From Rhodobacter capsulatus SB 1003 (lineage in GTDB: Bacteria > Pseudomonadota > Alphaproteobacteria > Rhodobacterales > Rhodobacteraceae), in NCBI RefSeq assembly GCF_000021865.1, contig NC_014034.1, positions 3,000,001-3,032,000 on the forward strand: DNA of 32,000 nt, given 5' to 3'. Of the stretch, positions 24,591 through 32,000 are shown piece by piece. Both the position numbers and the translations under genes were made by a program. Under the pieces are notes generated by a model. It was not told the DNA's origin. It searched no databases and saw only the letters and a program-made list of their open reading frames with translations. Each line of letters opens with the position of its first letter. The stretch's first letter is position 1.

Positions 24591-24665
24591 GTGCTGCACC
24601 TCATACTGCCTGTATTATGATTGCCGCCATTGTCCGCTTTCCGGCCCCCGGAATCAACTGCGATG

Positions 24666-24691
24666 TGCGAATCGCCCACGTGATGCGAATC
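24666..24691. promoter_or_regulatory. Direct repeat TGCGAATC x2 in the chvI<>pckA divergent region (candidate regulator site)
   Basis: GATGTGCGAATC (24663-24673) and GATGCGAATC (24682-24691), with the 8-mers 18 bp apart. A TTGACT -35-like hexamer lies at 24716-24721. No function has been shown. Confidence 0.25.
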
Positions 24692-24917
24692 ATCTGAGCG
24701 CAAAAAAACGAAGGTTTGACTAATTTGTCTCACCTCTTCGCGATGATGGCGCTAAATCGGCCCTGTTTTGCGCTAGCTGCGACAAACCCTTCTGTTCCTT
24801 CGCAATTGCGCCATGGTATAGGGCGCCATCCGCAACATTCTTGCGCGGATCGGTGCCCGCCCGTCACGGTCACCGCGAGGAACCACTGCGCCGCACGGGC
24901 GGCAACGGGAGCGAAAC

Positions 24918-26516
<1,599 letters not shown>

Positions 26517-26532
26517 ACCGCCTTGGAATGAC

Positions 26533-26566
26533 AAAGGGCCGGGGATTTCCCCGGCCCTTTCCTTTT
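26533..26566. terminator. Bidirectional terminator between pckA and rnr
   Basis: AAA GGGCCGGGG-ATTT-CCCCGGCCC TTTCCTTTT. Confidence 0.85.
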
Positions 26567-26577
26567 GTTCAGCGCGC

Positions 26578-28833
26578 TTACTTGCGGCTGCGTTTGACCT
26601 TGCGCGAGATCGCCCGTTCCTTCGCCTTGAAGGCCACGGATTTCCGCCCCGGACGGAACGGCCGCTTGCCGCCCCTGCCCGCGCCGGGCATCGCCTGACC
26701 TTCCAGCTCCAGCAATTCCAGCTCCAGCCCGCCGGTCACCGGCACGGCCTCGGCCAGCCGCACCAGAACCCGCTGCCCGATGCCGAGCGTGATGCCGCTG
26801 TCGGCGCCGATCAGCTGTTGCGCATCGCGGTCGTAGTGGAAGAATTCCCGCCCCACGGATCGGATCGGCACCAGCCCGTCCGCCCCGGTCTCATCCAGCT
26901 TCACGAAGGCGCCGAATTTCTGCACGCCGCTGATCCGCCCGGTAAATTCGCTGCCCACCCGCTCGCTCAGATAGGCCGCCAGATAGCGGTCGGTGGTGTC
27001 GCGTTCCGCCGCCATCGAGCGCCGCTCGGTCTCGGAGATGTGCTGCGCGGTGTCTTCAAGCTGGGCGATGTCGTCGCGGCTGAGGCCATCCTTCCCCCAG
27101 CCATGCCCGGCAATCAGCGCCCGATGCACGATCAGGTCGGAATAGCGCCGAATGGGGCTGGTGAAATGCGCGTAAGACCGCAGCGCCAGCCCGAAATGCC
27201 CCAGATTCTGCGGCGCATAATAGGCCTGCGTCATCGAGCGCAGGGTGGAAATGTTGATCAGCTCGTCAAACTCGCTGCCCTCGGCCTCGGACAAAAGCCG
27301 GTTCAGATGCGCGGTCTTCAGCACCTGCCCCTTCGCCAGACTGAACCCGGACGCCTGCGCAACCTCGCGCAAAGCATCGATTTTCTCGGGCGAGGGTTCC
27401 TCGTGCACGCGGTAGAGCAGCGGGCGGCGCAGCCGTTCCAGCTCTTCGGCGGCGGCGACATTGGCCAGCACCATGAATTCCTCGATCAGCCGATGCGCGT
27501 CGAGCCGTTCCTTGAACTTGACCGAGGCGACCTTGCCCGCCTCGTCGATCTCGATCCGGCGCTCGGGCAGATCCAGATCCAGCGGTTGCCGCGCCGCCCG
27601 CGCCCGGGTCAGCGCCCGGTAACAGGCGTAGATCGGCGCGATGATCTCCGCGACGAGCGGCGCGGTCTTGTCATCGGGGCGGCCATCCTGTGCCGCCTGC
27701 ACCTGCGCATATTCCAGCGAGGCGACCGAGCGGATGATGCCCCGGGTGAAGCGATGCGCAATCTTGCGCCCCTCGGCCGAAACCTTCATCCGCACCGCCA
27801 AGACCGCGCGCGGCACATGTTCGTGCAAGGAACACAGATCACCCGACAGCCGGTCGGGCAGCATCGGCACGACGCGGTCGGGGAAATAGGTGGAATTGCC
27901 GCGATTGCGCGCCTCGCGATCCAGCGCCGAGCCCGGGCGGACGTAATGCGCCACATCGGCAATCGCGACCCACAGAAGGAACCCGCCCGCATTCGCCGGA
28001 TCCTCGTCGGGGGCCACGAAACAGGCGTCGTCGCGGTCGCGGGCATCGGCCGGGTCGATGGTGACAAAGGGCAGGCCGGTCAGGTCTTCGCGATCGCCCA
28101 AGGCGGCGGGGAGTTCGGCATCGGCCTCGGCGATCACGTCATCGGGGAAATCGTCGGGAATGCCGTGCTGGTGAATGGCGATCAGCGACACCGCCCGCGG
28201 CGCGGTCGGATCGCCCAGACGCTCGATCACCCGCGCCCGCGGCAGGCCCATCCGGCCCTTCGGCCCCGACTGTTCCGCCTCGACCAGCTCGCCGTCGCGG
28301 GCGTCATTCGTCGCCCCGGGCGGCACCACCCATTCATTCATCTCGCCCTTGTCGATGGGGGTGATCCGGCCCCCTTCGGCGCCCTTGCGGAAGATGCCGA
28401 CGATGCGATGCCGCGCCTGACCGAGCTTGCGAATGAGCCGCGCCTCGGGCCCCTCGGTCCCTTGCGCAATCCGCGCCAGCACGCGTTCGCCCGGCCCCAC
28501 CGCGGGATCGTCGCGGCGGGTCAGAAAGGCGATCCGCGGCGCCTCGCCGGGACCCGCCCATTCCACCGGCCGCGCCCAAAGATCGCCCATGGCGTCGGCG
28601 GGCAGGATTTCCAGCACCGTCACCGGCGGCAGGCTGGCCTGATCGTGATAATGGCTCTTGCGCCGGGTGATCTGGCCCTCGGCGCTCAGCTCTTTCAAAA
28701 GGCGCTTCAACTCGATCTTCGCCGCGCCCTTCAGCCCGAAGGCCTTGGCGATATCGCGTTTCGCCCCCTGATCGGGGTTTTCGGCGATCCAGTCGAGGAT
28801 CTGCTGCTTCGTCGGGATGGGGCTTTGTGTCAT
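26578..28833 (-). CDS. rnr: Ribonuclease R
   Basis: The ATG at 28833 gives 751 aa. It has an RNB catalytic domain (TIDPADARDRDDA, YFPDRVVPMLP), a C-terminal S1 domain (GRISGVQKFGAFVKL) and a basic tail. The 37-codon upstream extension was rejected. Confidence 0.93.
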   Translation of the reverse strand: MTQSPIPTKQQILDWIAENPDQGAKRDIAKAFGLKGAAKIELKRLLKELSAEGQITRRKSHYHDQASLPPVTVLEILPADAMGDLWARPVEWAGPGEAPRIAFLTRRDDPAVGPGERVLARIAQGTEGPEARLIRKLGQARHRIVGIFRKGAEGGRITPIDKGEMNEWVVPPGATNDARDGELVEAEQSGPKGRMGLPRARVIERLGDPTAPRAVSLIAIHQHGIPDDFPDDVIAEADAELPAALGDREDLTGLPFVTIDPADARDRDDACFVAPDEDPANAGGFLLWVAIADVAHYVRPGSALDREARNRGNSTYFPDRVVPMLPDRLSGDLCSLHEHVPRAVLAVRMKVSAEGRKIAHRFTRGIIRSVASLEYAQVQAAQDGRPDDKTAPLVAEIIAPIYACYRALTRARAARQPLDLDLPERRIEIDEAGKVASVKFKERLDAHRLIEEFMVLANVAAAEELERLRRPLLYRVHEEPSPEKIDALREVAQASGFSLAKGQVLKTAHLNRLLSEAEGSEFDELINISTLRSMTQAYYAPQNLGHFGLALRSYAHFTSPIRRYSDLIVHRALIAGHGWGKDGLSRDDIAQLEDTAQHISETERRSMAAERDTTDRYLAAYLSERVGSEFTGRISGVQKFGAFVKLDETGADGLVPIRSVGREFFHYDRDAQQLIGADSGITLGIGQRVLVRLAEAVPVTGGLELELLELEGQAMPGAGRGGKRPFRPGRKSVAFKAKERAISRKVKRSRK

Positions 28834-28924
28834 GGCCTTGCCTAGCACGACGGCGTCGCGCAAGAAAGTGGGGCTGCACCGGTGGGCAGAGGGTCGGGGC
28901 CGGGGCACAGCAGGGGGGCGGCGC

Positions 28925-29503
28925 ATGCGGATCGCGGGGATCATTCTGGCGGGCGGTCAGGGGCGGCGGATGGGCCGCGAAAAGGCGCTGGTGCCGCTTT
29001 CGGGCGTGCCGCTGATCGCGCGGGTGCTGGCGCGGCTGGCGCCGCAGGTCGAAGCGGTGGCAATCTCGGCCAATGGCGATCCGGGCCGCTTCGGCCTTGG
29101 CCTGCCGGTGCTGCCCGATCGGCCCGGGGAATCGGGGCTTGGCCCGATGGCGGGCATCCGTGCCGGGCTGGACTGGGCGGCCGGGATCGGCGCCGAGGCG
29201 CTGGTCAGCACCGCCACCGACACGCCGTTCCTGCCCGAAGATCTGGTGGAGCGGCTGGCCGCCGCGGGCGGGCCCGCCCATGCGCAAAGCTTCGGGCGCG
29301 ACCATTACACCGCCGCGCTTTGGCGCGTCGCCGACCGTCCCCGGATCGACGCGCTCTTCGCCGCCGACGAGCGGCGGATGCGCGCCTATCTGGCGGGGGC
29401 GGTGGCCGTGCCCTTCGACACCACGCCCGACCCTTTCGCCAATCTCAACACCCCCGAAGACCTTGCCCGGGCCGAGGACCGGCTGCGCCAGAACGCCCCT
29501 TAG
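28925..29503 (+). CDS. mobA: Molybdenum cofactor guanylyltransferase
   Basis: The ATG at 28925 gives [17 protein letters not shown], then ...TDTPFLP. Its stop TAG (29501-29503) overlaps the convergent moaC stop. Confidence 0.88.
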   Translation: MRIAGIILAGGQGRRMGREKALVPLSGVPLIARVLARLAPQVEAVAISANGDPGRFGLGLPVLPDRPGESGLGPMAGIRAGLDWAAGIGAEALVSTATDTPFLPEDLVERLAAAGGPAHAQSFGRDHYTAALWRVADRPRIDALFAADERRMRAYLAGAVAVPFDTTPDPFANLNTPEDLARAEDRLRQNAP

Positions 29504-29967
29504 GCGCGGAAACTGCCCGACTTGCCGCCGTCCTTGGACAAAAGCCGGATCCCCTCGATCCGCATGGATTTTTCCGCCGCCTTCAGCATGTCATAAACGG
29601 TCAGCGCCGCGGCCGAAACCGCCGTCAGCGCCTCCATCTCGACCCCGGTCGGGCCGGTGGTGGCCACCGTCGCCTCGATCCGCAGGGAACTGGTGTCCGG
29701 CTCGGGCAGCAGCTCCAGCGCGACGCGCGACAGCGCCAGCGGATGGCAGAGCGGAATGAGATCCGCGGTGCGCTTGGCCGCCATGATCCCGGCCACCCGC
29801 GCAATGCCCAGCACGTCGCCCTTGCCCGCCCGGCCCGCAATCACCAGCGCCAGGGTCTCGGGGCGCATCACCACCCGCCCCTCGGCCACCGCCGTGCGCT
29901 TCGTTTCCACCTTGTCCGAGACATCGACCATATGCGCTTGCCCCGCGTCGTCGAAATGGGTCAGCAT
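29500..29967 (-). CDS. moaC: Cyclic pyranopterin monophosphate synthase
   Basis: 155 aa from ATG 29967. Product: [19 protein letters not shown]...LIPLCHPL...[10 protein letters not shown]. The start overlaps the moeB stop (ATGCTGA). Confidence 0.93.
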   Translation of the reverse strand: MLTHFDDAGQAHMVDVSDKVETKRTAVAEGRVVMRPETLALVIAGRAGKGDVLGIARVAGIMAAKRTADLIPLCHPLALSRVALELLPEPDTSSLRIEATVATTGPTGVEMEALTAVSAAALTVYDMLKAAEKSMRIEGIRLLSKDGGKSGSFRA

Positions 29968-30719
29968 GCCGCCCCCTTTCCCCGGCAGACCGGGCAATCC
30001 TCGCGCCGATGCGTGCGCAGCAGCCGTTCCTCGTTCCAGAGCGTGTCGATCATCCAAAGCCGTCCCAGCAGGCTCTGCCCCGCCCCGGTCAGGTGCTTGA
30101 TCGCTTCCAGTGCCATCCGCGCCCCCACCACGCCCGGCAACGCGCCGACGACGCCCTTCGATTGCGCGGGCGGCAGGTGGTCGGGCTCGGGGAAGGTGCA
30201 GGCATAGCAGGCCCCGCCCCGCCCCGGCGCATAAAGACCGATCTGGCCTTCCCATTGCGCGATGGCACCGGACAGAAGCGGCACCCCCGCCGCGACACAG
30301 GCCCGGTTGATCAGATGCCGCGCCGCCAGATTGTCGGTGCAGTCGATCACCAGATCGAAGCCCGCGACCAGCACCGCCGTCTCGACCCCGAAGCGGATCG
30401 CATGGGTCTCGATCTGCACCTCGGGGTTCAGATCGGCAAGCCGCGCCCGGGCAGAGGCGGTCTTGCTTTGGCCCAGCCGCGCCGTGCCGTGCAGCACCTG
30501 CCGCTGCAGGTTCGACAGCGACACCACATCGTCATCAGCCAAAGCCAGCCGCCCGATCCCCGCCGCCGCCAGATAGAGCAGCACCGGAGAGCCAAGCCCC
30601 CCCGCGCCGATCACCAGAACCGAGGCAGCATTCAGCCTGGCCTGTCCGACCGGCCCGATCTCGGGCAGGATCAGATGCCGGGCATAGCGGCCCTCGGGGT
30701 CAAACGCGTGACCGTCCAT
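29961..30719 (-). CDS. moeB: Molybdopterin-synthase adenylyltransferase (HesA/MoeB/ThiF family)
   Basis: 252 aa. Motifs [29 protein letters not shown], and the cysteine pairs CYAC and CPVC. Confidence 0.85.
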   Translation of the reverse strand: MDGHAFDPEGRYARHLILPEIGPVGQARLNAASVLVIGAGGLGSPVLLYLAAAGIGRLALADDDVVSLSNLQRQVLHGTARLGQSKTASARARLADLNPEVQIETHAIRFGVETAVLVAGFDLVIDCTDNLAARHLINRACVAAGVPLLSGAIAQWEGQIGLYAPGRGGACYACTFPEPDHLPPAQSKGVVGALPGVVGARMALEAIKHLTGAGQSLLGRLWMIDTLWNEERLLRTHRREDCPVCRGKGAAC

Positions 30720-30720
30720 C

Positions 30721-30969
30721 TCAACCCCCCGTCATCGGCGGGAAAAACGCCACTTCGCGCACGCCCGCCAGGGGCGCGGTGAAATCGGCCAGGTCCTGAT
30801 CGAGCGCGACACGCAGCACCGCGGGATCGGCAAAGGCGGCCGCATAGCGCGGATCCTTCGCGCACAATTCGGCCACCAGATCGGCCACGGTCGCGGCCCC
30901 GGTTTCCAACCGCTCGCGCGGCTGCCCGATCCGTTCACGGACCCAGGCAAAATAGACGATGTCCAGCAT
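30721..30969 (-). CDS. moaD: Molybdopterin synthase sulfur-carrier subunit
   Basis: 82 aa with a ubiquitin-like fold, ending in PPMTGG. It sits between moaA and moeB. Confidence 0.85.
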   Translation of the reverse strand: MLDIVYFAWVRERIGQPRERLETGAATVADLVAELCAKDPRYAAAFADPAVLRVALDQDLADFTAPLAGVREVAFFPPMTGG

Positions 30970-30970
30970 C

Positions 30971-31984
30971 TCAGCCTCCGGTGTGGTTCATGCCGCGGAC
31001 CATCTGGCCTGCGACGCTGCAGGGGCCGTAGCCGAAGGCATGGCCCGCAGGTTTCCTTGCGATCGCGGCGCGGATTTCCCGGGCCAGCGCTTCGCCCTCG
31101 ACGCCCGCGCGCAGCACGGGGCGCAGGTCGCTTGACCCTTCCTGACCCAGACAGGTGTAAAGCTCGCCCTTGCAGGTCAGCCGCACGCGGTTGCAGCTGG
31201 TGCAGAAATTGTGGCTGAGCGGCGAGATGAACCCGATCCGCTGCCCGGTTTGTGCCACCGTCACATAGCGGGCGGGACCGCCGGTATTCAGCCCATTGTC
31301 GATCAACCGGAACCGGGTTTCGAGATGTGCGCGGACATCATCAAGCGGCCAGAACTGGTCAAGCCGGGTGCCTGCGGGAATGTCGCCCATCGGCATCAGC
31401 TCGATGAAGGTCAGATCGCAGTGATGCGCCGCCGCCCAGTCGGTCAGGGCAAAGATCTCGTCGTCGTTCACGCCCTTCAGCGCCATCGCATTGAGCTTCA
31501 CCCGCAGCCCGGCCGCCTGCGCGGCGGCGATGCCCGCGAACACCTGTTCGATGCGGCCAAACCGGGTCAGCCGGGCATATTTCTCGGCCTGAAGCGTATC
31601 CAGCGAGACATTGACCCGCTTCACCCCGCACTCGGCCAGGGACTGGGCATGGGCGGCCAGCTGCGTGCCGTTCGTCGTCAGCGTCAGCTCATCCAGCCGC
31701 CCGGCGCGCAGATGCGTCCCCATCGCGGCAAAGAAAGTCCCGATGCCGCGCCGCACCAGAGGTTCCCCCCCGGTCACCCGCAGCTTGCGCACGCCAAGCC
31801 GGATGAAGGCGGAACAGAGCCGGTCCAGCTCCTCAAGGCTCAGCACCTGATTGCGCGGCAGGAAGGTCACGTCCTCCTTCATGCAATAGGAACAGCGCAG
31901 GTCGCAGCGGTCGGTGACCGAGACCCGCAGGTAACGCACGTCGCGGCCGAAGCCGTCGCAAAGGGGATCAGGCAGCATGGGCAA
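30971..31984 (-). CDS. moaA: GTP 3',8-cyclase (radical SAM)
   Basis: 337 aa. Motifs [13 protein letters not shown] and the C-terminal CxxCNRxRLT ([10 protein letters not shown]). Only 16 nt of upstream sequence lie inside the window. Confidence 0.95.
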   Translation of the reverse strand: MPMLPDPLCDGFGRDVRYLRVSVTDRCDLRCSYCMKEDVTFLPRNQVLSLEELDRLCSAFIRLGVRKLRVTGGEPLVRRGIGTFFAAMGTHLRAGRLDELTLTTNGTQLAAHAQSLAECGVKRVNVSLDTLQAEKYARLTRFGRIEQVFAGIAAAQAAGLRVKLNAMALKGVNDDEIFALTDWAAAHHCDLTFIELMPMGDIPAGTRLDQFWPLDDVRAHLETRFRLIDNGLNTGGPARYVTVAQTGQRIGFISPLSHNFCTSCNRVRLTCKGELYTCLGQEGSSDLRPVLRAGVEGEALAREIRAAIARKPAGHAFGYGPCSVAGQMVRGMNHTGG

Positions 31985-32000
31985 CTCCCCGGCTGTCGTC

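Noticed and set aside
22128-24620. An 830-aa ORF antisense to chvG and chvI, running through their intergenic gap. Similar long antisense ORFs occur at 11460-13469, 14692-16107, 24870-26534 and 26818-28845.
   Set aside because: All oppose genes with unambiguous family signatures and have shadow-ORF composition. Stop codons are simply rare in antisense frames at this GC content.

Overview
This is a high-GC alphaproteobacterial chromosome segment. The gene content and the tmRNA tag ANDNRAPVALAA fit a Rhodobacterales organism (Rhodobacter, Cereibacter or Paracoccus-like); that assignment is inference only. The window is densely packed with about 37 protein genes, nearly all recognisable housekeeping or stress functions. 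They are ubiK-like, rluD, rpoH, a Gfo/Idh/MocA oxidoreductase, lrp<>trxB, fused sat-cysC, hsp20-DUF1150, a DUF465 gene, purEK, prs, two alpha/beta hydrolases, fumC, sspB, a CNNM/TlyC protein, rnr, mobA and moaA-moaD-moeB-moaC. The conserved alphaproteobacterial module pckA <> chvI-chvG-hprK-rapZ-EIIA(Man)-HPr is also present. The only RNA gene I can support is a circularly permuted (two-piece) tmRNA directly upstream of sspB. I see no transposase, integrase, phage, CRISPR, toxin-antitoxin or defence-type genes. I do not find convincing evidence for a new multigene system, and the region reads as syntenic core genome. Several signals are still worth a second look. (1) Two different families of structured GC-rich intergenic repeats, each present twice, fill the gaps between convergent genes. 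(2) An unassignable ORF is apparently co-transcribed with ssrA-sspB, and its coding signal starts upstream of any canonical start codon. (3) Two divergent genes have start codons that overlap head-to-head in a palindrome. (4) Sigma-32-type promoters precede rpoH itself and hsp20. (5) Three consecutive GTGA start/stop overlaps occur in the hprK-rapZ-EIIA-HPr block. All coordinates come from manual reading, so RNA and repeat boundaries are approximate.
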